From: Mobula hypostoma
Taxonomy: Eukaryota
Assembly: GCF_963921235.1 (NCBI RefSeq)
Contig: NC_086097.1
Span: forward strand, 57,104,001 to 57,168,000
Length of the DNA stretch: 64,000 nt
Reading direction: 5' to 3'
The translations under genes were made by a program, and so were the position numbers. This document shows positions 24,309 through 36,900 of the stretch, one piece after another. The stretch's first letter is position 1; every line of letters begins with the position of its first letter. The notes under the pieces were generated by a model. It saw nothing but the letters and a program-made list of their open reading frames with translations, did no database searches and had not been told where the DNA came from.

Positions 24309-25215
24309 CAGTTGGCCCTCCTTATCCGCGAGGGATACCAAAATATGCGGATGCTCAAGTCCCTTATTCAACCTGTCTCAATATGGTGGACCATAGGACC
24401 CAGCGGAACCCCAGACCTTATTTAACCTGTCTCAGTGCGGTGGACATTAGGACCTGGCGGCGGAGCTCTGAATCCGCAGTGTTTCTGTTCACGAAAATAA
24501 TCACGATCACGATTGAAAATAGGATGGAAATAATAAAGCGATCAGAAAGGGTTGAAACGCCATTGGTCATTGGAAAAGTGTTAGGCTACAGTCGGTCAAC
24601 GATTGGAACAATTTTAAAGGATAAAGTGAGAAAGGCCCTGCCCCGATGAAAGCTACAATTGTAATGTACAATGAAGCAACGCAGTGGTTTAATTATTGGG
24701 TTTTGGGTTTTTGGGGTTTTGATCCTCCACATCAACCCAACATAGATGGAGAATGTGCTCGGGAGCGGTCTGTCACTGGATTGAACTCGGCAACTTCCAT
24801 TCCCCAGCCTGGCGCTGAAACATAGGTTTCTTAAGTGTTTTATATGCATAGAAAGGTAAAATATATACTATATACTAAGACAAACATTTGACTAACTGAC
24901 GCTAAATAATACCAGATGTAGCTGTTCCAACTTACTTAGTAAGAGAACTTCCGTTTTTTTTTTGATCCCGATCCATGATAACCTATGCACATCCTCCCGT
25001 ATACTTTAAATCATCTCTAGATTACTTATAATACCTAATACAATGTAAATGCTATGTAAAATAGTTGTTATACTGCATTGTTTAGGGAATAATGACAAGA
25101 AAAAAAGTCTGTACATGCTCGAACAACAAGTGCTGGAAGAGCACTTCCGGGTTTTCTGGATTCGTGGTTGGTTGAATTCGCGCATGTGGAACTCGCAGAT
25201 AAGGAGGGCCGACTG
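24309..25215 (+). mobile_element. Tigger/pogo-like non-autonomous element
   Basis: TIRs CAGTTGGCCCTCCTTATCCGCG / CGCAGATAAGGAGGGCCGACTG; TA TSD; CENP-B/psq-type HTH remnant TITIENRMEIIKRSE..GYSRSTIGTILKDK. Confidence 0.88.
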
Positions 25216-25661
25216 TACTGTATATTAAAAAAGTGAGGTAGTGTCCAAGGGTTCAATGTCCATTTAGGAATCGGATGGCAGACAGGAAGAAGCTGTTCCT
25301 GAATCGCTGAGTGTGTGCCTTCAGGCTTCTGTATCTCTTACCTGATGGTTACGTGAGAAAAGTGCATGCCCTAGGTGCTGGAGGTCTTTAATAATGGACG
25401 CTGCCTTTCTGAGACACTGCTTCCTAAAGATGTCCTGCATACTTTGTAGGCTGGTACCCAAGATGGAGCTGACTAGATTTACAACCTTCTTCAGCTTCTT
25501 TCAGTCGTGTGCAGTAGCCCCTCCATACCAGACAGTGATGCAGCCCGTCAGAATGCTCTCCACGGTGCAATTATAGAAGTTTTTGAGTGTATTTGTTGAC
25601 ATACCAAATCGCTTCAAACTCCTAATAAAGTATCGCCGCTGTCTTGCCTTCTTTATGACTA

Positions 25662-26364
25662 CAGGCAGTCCCCGGGTTACGAACGAGTTCCGTTCCTGAG
25701 TCCGTCTTTAAGTTGGATTTGTACGTAAGTTGGAACAGGTACATCCGGTATTATTTAGCGTCAGTTAGTCAAACGTTTGTCTTGGTATATAGTATATATT
25801 TTACCTTTCTATGCATATAAAACACTTAAGAAACGTATGTATTTCAATAATTAAATCAGTGCGTTGCTTAGTAATGATTGTATCTTTCATTGGGGCAGGG
25901 CCTTTCACATGCTCCATTATTCTCACTTTATCTTTTATCCTTTAAAATTGTTCCGATCGTTGACCGACTGTAGCTTAACACTTTTCCAATGACCGATGGT
26001 GTTTCATCTCTTTCCGATCGCTTTATTATTTCCACTTTATTTTCAATCGTGATCGTTTTCCATCAACGGAACAGAAACACTGTGGATTCAGCTCCCCTGG
26101 GTCCTAAAGTCCACCAGCACAGAAACAGATTAAATGGGACAAGTGGGGGCGGTGCTGACTGGAAAAGGGTGGGCAGGGTGAATCTTGCTAAGAAAAATTT
26201 AAGCCAAATACAAAGTTACACACTCAACACAGTGTTAATGGCAATGACTTAAAATGGCGGACGGCATCATGATCCGACTTAAAATGACGGACGGCGTTCT
26301 CCTTCCTCTGTTCGTAAGTACGAGTTGTTCATAAGTCAGACGCTTATAACTCGGGGACTGCCTC
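25662..26364 (-). mobile_element. Second Tigger-like MITE with a different TIR family
   Basis: TIRs CAGGCAGTCCCCGGGTTA / TAACTCGGGGACTGCCTC; TA on both sides; the same HTH remnant on the minus strand. Confidence 0.85.
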
Positions 26365-28442
26365 TACATCAATATGCTGGGACCAGGTTAGATCCTCAGA
26401 GACCTTGACACCCAGGAACTTGAAGCTGCTCACTCTCTCTACTTCCTATCCCTCTATGAAGATTGGTACGTGTTCCTTCGTCTTACCCTTCCTGAAGTCC
26501 ACAATCAGCTCTTTCATCTTACTGACGTTAAGTACCAGGTTGTTGCTGTGGCACTATTCCACTAGTTGGCATATCTCACTCCTATACGACCTCTCGTCAC
26601 CACCTAAGATTCTCCCAACTATGGTTGTATCATCAGCAACTTTGCAGGTGGTGTTTGAGCTATATCTAGCCACACAGTCACGTGTATACAGAGTGTAGAG
26701 CGGTGGGCTAAGTACACATCCCTGAGGTGCGCTAGTGTTGATCGTCAGCGAAGAGGATATGTTATCACCAATCCCCACAGACTGTGGTCTTCCGGTTAGG
26801 AAGTCAAGGATCCAATTACAGAGGGAGGTACAGAGGCCCAGGTTCTGCAACTTCTCAATTAGGATTGTGGGAATGATGGTATTAAATGCTGAGCTATAGT
26901 TGATGAACAGCATCCTGATGTAGGTGTGTGTGTTGTCTAGGTGGTCTATAGCTGGGTGAAGAGCCATGGAGATTGCTTCTGCTGTTGACCTGTTGTGACG
27001 ATAGGCAAATTGCAATGGGTCCAGGTCCTTGCTGAGGCAGGAGTTCAGTCTAGTCATAACCAACCTCTCAAAGCATTTCATCACTGTCGATGTGAGTGCT
27101 ACCTGGCGATAGTTGTTAAGGCAGCCCACATTATTCTTCTTTGGCACTGGTATAATTGTTGCCTTTTTAAAGCAAGTGGGAACTTCTGCCCATAGCAGTG
27201 AGAGGTTGAAAATGACCTTGAATACTCCCGCTAGTTGGCTGGCACAGGTTTTCAAAGCCATACCAGGTACTTCATTGGGACCTTCTGCCTTGCGAGGGTT
27301 CACTGTCTTTAAAGACAGTCTAACATCGGCCTCTGCGACAGAGATCACAGGGTCATCAAGTGCAGAAGGGATCTTCACAGCTGAGATGTGTTCTGCCTTT
27401 CAAAGCGTGCATAGAGAGCGTTGAGTTCATCTGGTAGTGAAGCATCGCTGCCATTCATACTATTGGGTTTCACTTTGTAGGAAGTAATGTCTTGCAGTCC
27501 CTGCCAGAGTTGCCGTGCATCTGATATCGCCTCCAACCTTGTTCAAGGTTGTCCCTTCGCCCTTGAAATAGCCCTCCGCAAATCATACCTGGTTTTCTGG
27601 TACGGGCCTGGGTTGCCGGACTTGAATGCCACAGATCTAGACTTCAGCAGACAACGTACCTCCTGGTTCATCCACGGCTTTTGGTTTGGGAATGTACAGT
27701 AAGTCTTTGTAGGCACACGCTCATCCACACAGATTTTAATGAAATCGATAACAACTGCAGCATATTCAGCCAGATTCAAAGATGAATCTTTGAATACAGT
27801 CCAGTTCACCGATTCAAAGCAGTCCTGTAGGCACTCCTGTGCTTCCCTTGTCCAAACCTTCTTGGTCCTCACTGCTGGTGCTGTGGTTTTCAGTCTCTGC
27901 CTATACTCAGGGAGTAGAAGTACAGCTAGGTGATCAGACTTCCCGAAGTGAGGGCATGGAATAGCACTGTAGGCGTTCTTGATGGTGGTGTAACAATGGT
28001 CCAGTGTGGTGTTTCCTCTGGTTTTGCAAGTAATCTGTTGATGGTAATTGCTTAGTGATTTTTTTCAGACTAACCTTGTTAAAATCTCCCAAAACGATGG
28101 TGAAGGCATTAGGGTGCGCTGTTTCGTGCATGTTGATCCCATTGCTTAGATCATCCAAAGCCTGCTTGACATTGGCCTGAGGTGGAATGTAAACAACTAC
28201 CAAAATGACCCCAGAGAATTCCCGTGGTAAGTAAAAAGGAAGACACTTTACTGCTAGATATTCCAGGTCTGGTGAGCAGAATTGGGACAGCACTGATATA
28301 TTTGTGCACCAAGAAGAGTTGATCATGAGGCATACACCTCACCTCTGCTTTTGAGAGACTCTATCGATCTATCCTGACGGTGTATAGTAAACCCGTCGAT
28401 CTGAATCGCTGCATCCAGTATGGAAGGGAAGATCCCTGCTGC

Positions 28443-30050
28443 ACCTTGGATATTTAATTCCCAATCCTGTCCGCCCCGCAACCACAGTTCTGTAATGGCC
28501 ACTAAATCACACGCCCTTGTGCTGATTTGTGCCACAAGTTCACTGACCTTGTTTCGAATACCACGGGCATTCAAATAAAGTGCCCTTACACTCATTGTAC
28601 TTTAAAAATCTTGTAATCTTGTACTCCCTTGCACTTGACTTTTCTTCACTCCACTCTCACTTTCCTCTTTTTTATCTTTTGTTTTTTCTTTATGTTTATC
28701 TACACTTTTCTACTTTACTTCTGCAATCTGTTGAACCCATTCCCCCTACTATTTAGTTTAAAGCCCTATCCACAGCCCTAGTTATGCAATTCACCAGGGT
28801 CCAGGTCCCATTATGGTTCAGGTGGAGCCCATCCCATTGGTACAGCTCCCTCCTTTTCCAATACTGATGCCAATTTCCCGTGAATTCAAACCCACTTCTC
28901 TCACACCAATCCTTGAGCCACGCATTTAACTCGCAAATCTTCTTGACATGCTAATTTGCACATGGCTCAGGTAGTGATCTAGAGATTACCACCTTTTTGG
29001 TTCTGCTTTTTAATTTAGTCCTTAGCTGCTCAAATTTCCTAAGCAGAACCTTTTCCCTCATTCTACCTGTGTCATTGGTCCCACATGTACCATGACAACT
29101 GGATTTTTCCCTTCCCGCTGCAAATTCCTCTGCAGGTCAGATAAGATGTCTCGAACCCAGGCACCAGGCAGGCAACACAGCCTTCAGGACGCTGTATCCT
29201 TGCAACAGAGAATTCTGTCTATTTCCCTGACTATGCTATCCCCAGTTACCACTACATTTCTCTTCTCTCTTCCCCTCTTTAATCACTCCCTGAACTATGG
29301 TGCCACAGTTAGGTTGCTCATCCTTCCTACAGCCCCAACTCTCATCCACACAAGGAACAAGAATCTCAGACCTGTTTGACAAGCTCAAGGGCTGAGGCTC
29401 CTCCAGCGCTGTCTCTTGGATCCCAGTACCCTCCCCACTCACAGTCATACCCTCTTGCCCCTGACCACAGACCGAATTTGAGGCAGCTAATCTAATGGCT
29501 GTGACTACCTCCTGAAACAGAGAATCGAGGTAACTCTCCCCCTTCCTGCCACAGTGTTTGAAGCTCATAATCCAGGTCTTACTTTGAGCCTGAGTTCTTG
29601 ACAAGCCAACACTTGCTGCAGATGTGGTCACCAGGAACCACAATGGGGTCCACCAGCTTCCACATCATGTAGCTGCAGCACATCACCTGATCCTGCATCA
29701 TCCCTTTATTTAATTAGCTGCAATTTAGTGTCTTTTTTTTCAACCACTAAAAAAGCCTTACCTGCTACTTACTTGTGCCTCCTTGCTGAAGCCTCTTGAG
29801 CCAAAGCCTCAAGTTCCCACTCCTACACTGGTTCACTCACACAATGGCTGCTCTGCTTTACTTTTATTTACTCCTGCTAATGAATCGCAAATCGATTGGT
29901 CCACCACTAATGCACCAAGCCCTGTGAAACGCTTCTGTTTTGAACTCTTCTCCCCAACCTCTGTGCAGCTCTCTCTCTGTGAATCAGTTGGTCTGACTCT
30001 AATGCGCTAAGCCCCGTGAAACAAAATTCTTTTGCCCGACCTGTGCGAAG
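28443..30050 (-). mobile_element. CR1 5' portion (5' UTR, ORF1, start of ORF2 APE); continues at 23900-23997
   Basis: ORF1 ends DGLHLN...VDRALN*; APE YLNARGIRNK..AITELWL..WELNIQG; EGKGGGVALLIKDEI resumes on the far side of the Rex1 element. Confidence 0.85.
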
Positions 30051-30054
30051 CGCG

Positions 30055-30058
<4 letters not shown>

Positions 30059-30086
<28 letters not shown>

Positions 30087-30227
30087 TCCCCCTCTTCCCC
30101 CTCTTCCCCCTCTTCCCCCTCTTCCCCCTCTTCCCCCTCTTCCCCCTCTTCCCCCTCTTCCCCCTCTTCCCCCTCTTCCCCCTCTTCCCCCTCTTCCCCC
30201 TCTTCCCCCTCTTCCCCCTCTTCCCCC
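30059..30227. repeat. (CT)n followed by about 16 copies of the 9-mer TCTTCCCCC
   Basis: Directly visible pure pyrimidine tandem array of about 170 bp. Confidence 0.95.
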
Positions 30228-30494
30228 ACCCCGAATTGATTGCTTTGCCACTAATGCTTATTATTTCAAAATCTTTTATTCCTCTCCAAGATTTATGCCT
30301 GCTAGTTTTAAATGCATCTATGGTAGGTCACCCCTCGGTCTCTCGTGCTCCAGGGAAAGCATACCAGTTTGTTCTCATAATTTAAATAGTCCATCCCAGG
30401 CAACATCCTGGTGAATTTCTCTGCATCCTGTCAGATGCAATCATGTGTTTATTATAATGTAGTGACCAGAAATGCACATGATATTCTCAGTGGA

Positions 30495-30980
30495 TTGTCA
30501 CCTTTTCGTGGTGGAGAGGCTTGTGTGGTCCTGAGACCCTGAGAGCAATGCCTCTGGAGCTATGCTCCTGGTAGGGTCACCCATGGTGGTAAGGTTGAGG
30601 GTGAGGTCCCTGACAAAGAACAATCCAACCAAGACCTCAACGGTGGAACAGGCGGATGAAGTTACTTCGAACTCAATGGCTGTGAAGGCAGATGAAGGCT
30701 GCAACAAATCCGTCAGCTCCAATCATCGTTGTTTCCATGCCATTGGAATCAGTTGGTTGATTTGTGAAGTATGATGTGCTTCTTGGAGTGCAACATCAAG
30801 TACACATTAAACAAATACACGCACAGGCGTCTTTGCTCTGTGGGCCACTTCTTCAAGTCTTTCGGTGATCGGGGGAGGGTGACAGGAGCAGGCAATGTGA
30901 TACTTGAGAGCCCATAAGTAAATCAACAGAACGAAGACCTTCATCCTCGACCTCGAGGGATAGCCACGATGACGACGATT
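30495..30980 (+). mobile_element. Short RTE-derived non-autonomous element (RTE 5' UTR joined to a GAC/GAT tail)
   Basis: CTCCTGGTAGGGTCACCCATGG motif similar to the RTE 5' end at about 38.45 kb; 3' gatgacgacga tail; embedded in an old minus-strand CR1 (about 30300-31940). Confidence 0.6.
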
Positions 30981-33044
30981 CCAATTACAGTCTAACCTTG
31001 TTTATAAAGCTGTACCATAACCTCTTTACTCATAATCTAATCTAATTTTAAGTCACATCTAATGGCAAGTATCCCAGATGCCTTCTCTACCACTTTTTCT
31101 ACCAGTGCTTCCACCTTTAGCAATCTTTGGACTTGTATTCTAAGGTCCCTCAGTACTCCCTAATGCTCCTGCATTCTTTTGTTAAATGTTATTCTTATTG
31201 TTCCTTGGTGCTTCTGCTCGTACTTATGAGGACTAAGTCCTGCCTGCCGTTCCTCTGTCCATTTTGCTAACCAGTATCATCCTAAAACTTACAACAATTC
31301 TCACTGTCAACAGAATTATCAATTTTCATGTCATCTACAAACTTATTAATCATTTGCCCTCATTCACAACCATATTGTTAATGCATATGAGACAACAATT
31401 GAAATTGGTTTGCTATCGTCACATGTACCAAAATGGAGTGAAACTTTTCTTGCTTATTGTTCATGCAAATCAGATCATTACAGTGCATTAAAGTAAAACA
31501 ATAACAATTGTAGAATAAAGTACAATCGTACCATTTCCTTTGGTATGTCATTGGTCATAGGCTTCCAATCACATAAGCAATCCTCTACCATTAATCTCTA
31601 TCTCCTGTGACTAAGCCAATACTGGATCCAGCTTTCCAACTTGTTCTGGATCCCATGGGCTCTAACCTTTTCGATTTGTCTCCCATGTTGGACCTTGTCC
31701 ATGCCTTTACTGAAGTCCTCATCAAAACATGTTGTTACCTCTTTGAAAAATTTAATCACAGTAGACAAACAGGATTAAAAAATTCCATGTTGGATGTCTT
31801 TGATCCTCACTTTTCCAAGTGTAGAGTAATCCTGGTTCTCAGATTTTTCTCCAATAACTTTACAATGACTGAAATTAGACTGTAATTACTTGATTTATCC
31901 TTCTGGCCCTCTTGAATCTGTTGTCCTTCAGTCATCTAGCATTTTTCATGTTACTTACTGCCCACTACACCACTTGGATTTACGGTGGCATGTAAGCCCT
32001 CCATCTCTGTCTGTCTCTCCTTCGCTATCTTCTCTATTGTGCCCCAGGGATCAGGATCCCCATTTTTGTCTCTACAGAAAATCACCAAGTTGTCTTCAGT
32101 GTCTTGCTTTTCCTCTGTCCTTCAGGGGTTCAATAAAATGCTGTCTTGATGATGTGACCTCTCTTCTTATCCCATTTCCAACCCATATCCAGTGTTTCCT
32201 CATGATGATTGTGGCCATGTTCTCTTGCTGACAGTAAAGAGGAGTAGGGCATGGTTGGAGATATTTCTTGGCCAGAAAATACCGAGGATCTTCCAGAGGC
32301 TTGGAGTGTGGAATGATGGTAGCTTGGCAAGATTGATCTCTGTCATGCGCCAGCATTCTGACCTGTACAAGAGTGAGGACAGAACACAGCTCTAGTACAG
32401 CTTCACCATGGTGTTCACACTGTACTTGGTTGATCCCCGTCTGTTGCTATTGACCTGAAGATCAATGGGTGAATCTGCTGGTGCTGGGTAAGTTAATCCC
32501 ATATGCCTTGACGGGAGGAGGAGACTTTACATTGAGGGTCGTGGTCTCAGTCTTTCTTTGGCTGACTCTGAGTCCAACCTGTACACAGGCATTGAGTTTT
32601 CTCTTGCATGTGCTGATGTGTATGTGATAGTAATGTGAGATCATCCCAGAGCCAAGGTCTTCTCATGTTGTTTGCCTCATAACCCAGTCAATCACTAGGT
32701 TAAACAATATCACCAGTCTGTGCACTACTCTATGATGTTATGCAGTATGAAGATCTGGTCAGCACAGTCTCCTGAAGCCAACTTGCTTCTTCCTCAGCAC
32801 ACATTAACAGTATCTGTAATCTGTTGGACAATGACTTTGGTGAGAAGTTTAATGGGCAAAAGTTTGAAGCCACATTGGTTCTTGCAATCATTTGGTGCTC
32901 CTTTCTTGGGGATCCTAACAATAACTCCCTTTGTCCAGTTCTTGAGTACTTGTCCTCATTCCCAAATTATAATAAACAGTGTTTGCAGGATGGGTGCTGC
33001 AACTTTTGCTTCAGTTTTGGACAGTTCGGCTTTCAAATTGTCAT

Positions 33045-33150
33045 GTCTGATGAAGGGTCTCGGCCCGAAACGTTGACTATATTCTTTTGCATAGATGCTG
33101 TCTGGCCTGCTGAATTCCTTCAGCATTTTGTGTGTGTTGCTTGGATATCC
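33045..33150 (+). mobile_element. Short Penelope-derived insertion with an intact hammerhead core
   Basis: CTGATGA-A-GGGTCTCGGCCC-GAAA-CG-TT-GAC at 33047-33077; it interrupts the RTE ORF between tcatgt and cctggagc. Confidence 0.8.
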
Positions 33151-33985
33151 TGGAGCTTTGCTGTTCTGTACTGATTTAATCGTAGCAACAATCTCTTCTT
33201 TCTTGGGTGGATCTGTGTTGATGCCAAAGTCCTCTGCTGCCTTTTGTACGTCAGATTCTTCCTGTGGTGGTGTCTATTCAAAAATATTCTGAAATACTTC
33301 GTCCATCTTACCTCTTGCTCTTTCTCAGTTGTCAAAAGCTGACCATTCTTAACTCTCATGGGCCCACTGGATCTGGTCTGGTACTTTCCACATACTAATT
33401 TTGAAATCTTGTGCATATTTCTTTGATCACCTTGAATGGCTTCTGCTTTGGCCTCCCCTGTAAGGTCTTCCGTGTAGATGCTCTTACCTTTTTAACAAAT
33501 CTCTTCACTTTGATGTTAGCTTCAGTATATGCTAGTTGAATTTTCACGTTAATTTGTGTTGACTTTGCCTCTAACACTTTATTCTTAATTTTCTGTCTTT
33601 CCTCTAAGGCTGTCCATGGTTCCTACTGTATCCACTCATTGTTCTTTTTTCTAGCTCTGTATCCTAGACAAGCCTTGCTTCTATCCTTGAAGACTGTGGG
33701 AATCTGTTTCCGCACTGTGTCTTTCTTGTCTACTGACGTATCCTTGTCAAGGTCTTGCAAGCCCTGAAATCTGTTCTTAAATTGAATAGTGAAAGCAGAT
33801 CTCACACTGGTCTCACACCTTGAGCTTCTCAACATCGAAGTGTCTTTGTACATGTGTTCTGGTCCCAGTGCTTCTCAGTTTGAGTTTCATCACTGCTACA
33901 ACAAGCTGGTAATCACTTCCTGTAACTGTTTCTGTCTTCACCTTTACATTCTGCAAGGATTTTCTCCACTTACCATTAGTCATGA

Positions 33986-36900
33986 AATAGTCCCTCTGAG
34001 GATCCCAGGTACTCACATTCAATTGACTGCTTTTCCCACCACATTCTATGCGCCACACTGTCTGCTATGAGGAGGTACTTGGTGTCCCTGTCCCAGTCGC
34101 TGCCTCAACTCTGGGATTCTCTCTGCCACCTGCAATGAACCTGTCTGATACTTTCAATCGACGGTTCTTTGCTTTTCTCATGTTCAGCAAGGATTTGAAG
34201 ACTGTAGAACCTGCCACTTCCAATGCTGGCAGTGACAGGTGTCCCCAGATCATGATCCCTGCAGCTGACTTCGATGGTTCCAATGATCCTGAGCAGATTA
34301 AGAACCCAGATTCCCCTGCCAACAGTGTGGGTTCCAACAATCCTGGACACCTTCAGAGTGCCTATTGTAAAACCTTTAACACCGATTCCAGCATGGACCT
34401 TAACCGACAGCACGTCCAGGCAGAGATTTTACGCACTGCCGCTGGAACCCCAGTCTCCCCTTCCCCCACCGCTCCACACTCCCATGTGTCTCAGGTCCCA
34501 TTGTCAGCTGTTGGGTCCTCAGAGACTCTATCTTACTCCCACTCCACCTTCCCTGAACACCCCAACCCTCCCCTCTCCTTTGACACTACCAACCCTTTCC
34601 TTCCTCTGATTCCAGCTCTCATTCGTGCTGGGTCTTCACAATTCTCTCTGACCTTACCCTTTCTGATATAAAACAATCAGTCCTCAGTAAAGGCCTCACC
34701 TTTGTCCCCTCGCGCCCGCACTTCAGTGAGTTCTGTGCTCGCCATGACACTGACCCCTTCTGTTGCCTGTCTCTGTGCCTATTTCTTTGGCAAGGAGTTT
34801 CCAGCCTGCACTGATGACCCTTTTCCCTGTCTTCAATCCTCCTCCTCTTCCTGGATGCCTGCCAACGGGACATCAACTGCCTTGACTTTGCCACTCCTCT
34901 CTCCAATTCTAACCACACTCCTTCTGAACATGCTACTCTTTGCACTAATCCTAACCTCTCCATTAAATCTGCAGATAAGGGAGGGTGCTGTAATGGTCTG
35001 AAGGACTGACCTCTACGTTGATGAGGCCAAGTGACAACTCTTAAGACTCCTCCTCTTACTTACCCCTCGAACAGGACCCCACTAAGGAGCACCAGGCTAT
35101 TGTCTCCCCCACCATCATCAACGTTATTGACTCTGGGGATCTCCCATCCACTGCCACAAACCTCATGGTTCCCTTGCCTTGCACCTCCTGTTACTATCTC
35201 TTACCCAAGATCCATAAACCTGTCTGTCTAGGTAGACCTATTATTTCTGCTTGTATCTGCCCCACTGAACTTATGTCTGCATATCTCAACTATTTTATTC
35301 CCCCAGGTTCAGTCCGTTCCTATCTACATCTGTGACATTTCACACTCTCTGGATCTTTTCAATGACTTCAAGTTCCTTGGCCCCCATCATCTCATTTTCA
35401 CCGTGGATGTTCATGCACCCCCCACCCCCCCAATCAGGAAGGCCTTAAAGCTGTCTGCTTCTGGATAACAGACCAAACCAGTTCCCTTACACCACCACTC
35501 TCCTCCATCTGGCAGAATTGGATACCCTCTATAATTTCTCCTTCAGCTCCTCCCACTTGCTTCAAACCAAAGGTGTAGCCATGGGCACTTGCAAGGGTCA
35601 CAGCTATGCTTGCCTTTTCATTAGCTATGTAGAACAGTCCACTTTCCAAGCCTACACTGGTATCGCTCCCCAACTCTTCCTATGACTGCATTGGTGCAGC
35701 TTCTTGCACCCATGCTGAGCTTGTCAGATTCATCAAATTTGCCTCCAATTTCCACCCTGCCCTCAAATTTACTTGGTCCATTTCCGACACCTCCTTCCTC
35801 TTTCTCAATCTCTCTGTCTCTATCTCTGGAGGCAGTCTATCTATTGATACCTTTTATAACCCACTGATTCTCACAGCTACCTGGACTATTCTTCTTCTTA
35901 CCCTGTCCCTTGTAAAAATGCCATCCCCTTCTCTTAGCTACTCTGTCTCCGCTACATTTTTGCTCTCAGGATGAGGCTTTTCTTTCCAGAACAAATGGGA
36001 TGTCCTCCTCCTTCAAAGAAAGTGATTTTCCTTCTTCCACCATCAATGATACCCTCACCTGCATCTCTTCCATTTCACGAATGTCTATCCTCCCACTGGC
36101 ACACCAGGGATGGGGTTCCTCTTGTCCTCACCTACCGTCCCACAAGATTCTGTGTACATCATATAATTCTCTGTAACTTCTGCTATCTCCAATGGGATTT
36201 CACCACCAAGCACATATGTCCTTCCGCAATCCCTTCCCCCACCAACTTTACACTTTCTGTAAGGACTGCTCCTTCAGCGACACCCTTGCACGTTCATCCC
36301 TTGCCACAGACCTCCCTCCTGGTACTCATCCTTGCAAGCAGAACAAGTACCACTCTTGTCTCTACGCTTCCTCTCTCACTAACATTCAGGGCTCCAAACA
36401 GTCCTTCTAAGTGAGGTGACACTTCACCTGTGAGTCTGTTGGGGTCATTTACTGTATTTGGTGCTCCCAGTGTGGCCTCCTGTATATCAGTGACACCCGA
36501 CGTAGACTGGAAGACTACTGTCGAGAACCTACACTTAGTTGACCAGATAAAGCAGGATCTCCTGGTAGCCACCTATTTCAATTCTATTTCCTATTCCTAT
36601 TCCAAAATGTCACTCCATGGCCTCCTTTACTGCCCTGATGAGGCCACACAGGTTGGAGGAGCAACACCTTGTTCCTCTGGGTAGCCTCCAGCCTGAAGGC
36701 ACGAACATCGATTTCTTAAACTTCCGGTAATTGCCCCCCACTTCCCTTACCATTCTCTATTCTTGTTTCTCCTTTTCACCTTATCTCCTTACCTGCCCAT
36801 CATCTCTCTCTCATGATTCACCTCCTTCCCTTTCTTCCATGATCTTCTACTTCTATCAGGTTCCCCCTCCTCCAGCCCTTTATCTCTTTCACAGATGGAC

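Larger units (their letters stand above)
23998..28428 (-). mobile_element. Rex1/Babar-clade LINE, 5'-truncated, inserted into a CR1 APE and hosting three younger insertions
   Basis: APE (YLPREFSGVILVVVYIPPQA, GDFN) and RT (YRQVALTSTVMKCFERLV, LDPLQFAYR.NRST, APQGCVLSP, ADDTT) motifs; GATTCT-type 3' tail at about 23998-24010. Confidence 0.88.

Noticed and set aside
28323..28595. Apparent novel chimeric CR1-Rex1 LINE ORF
   Set aside because: The host CR1 APE resumes beyond the Rex1 3' tail (23997-23900), so this is a nested insertion rather than a propagating chimera.
29907..30414. ORFs with RGG, EEG, PPL and FPL repeats that resemble RNA-binding or proline-rich proteins
   Set aside because: All are translations of the stop-free 9-bp tandem repeat, with no splice or homology support.
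30490..30560. HDV-like ribozyme suggested by ACC-TTTTCGT-GGT at an RTE-type 5' end
   Set aside because: I could not place a convincing P1, P1.1 and catalytic C in J4/2; an Infernal search on the family consensus would be needed.
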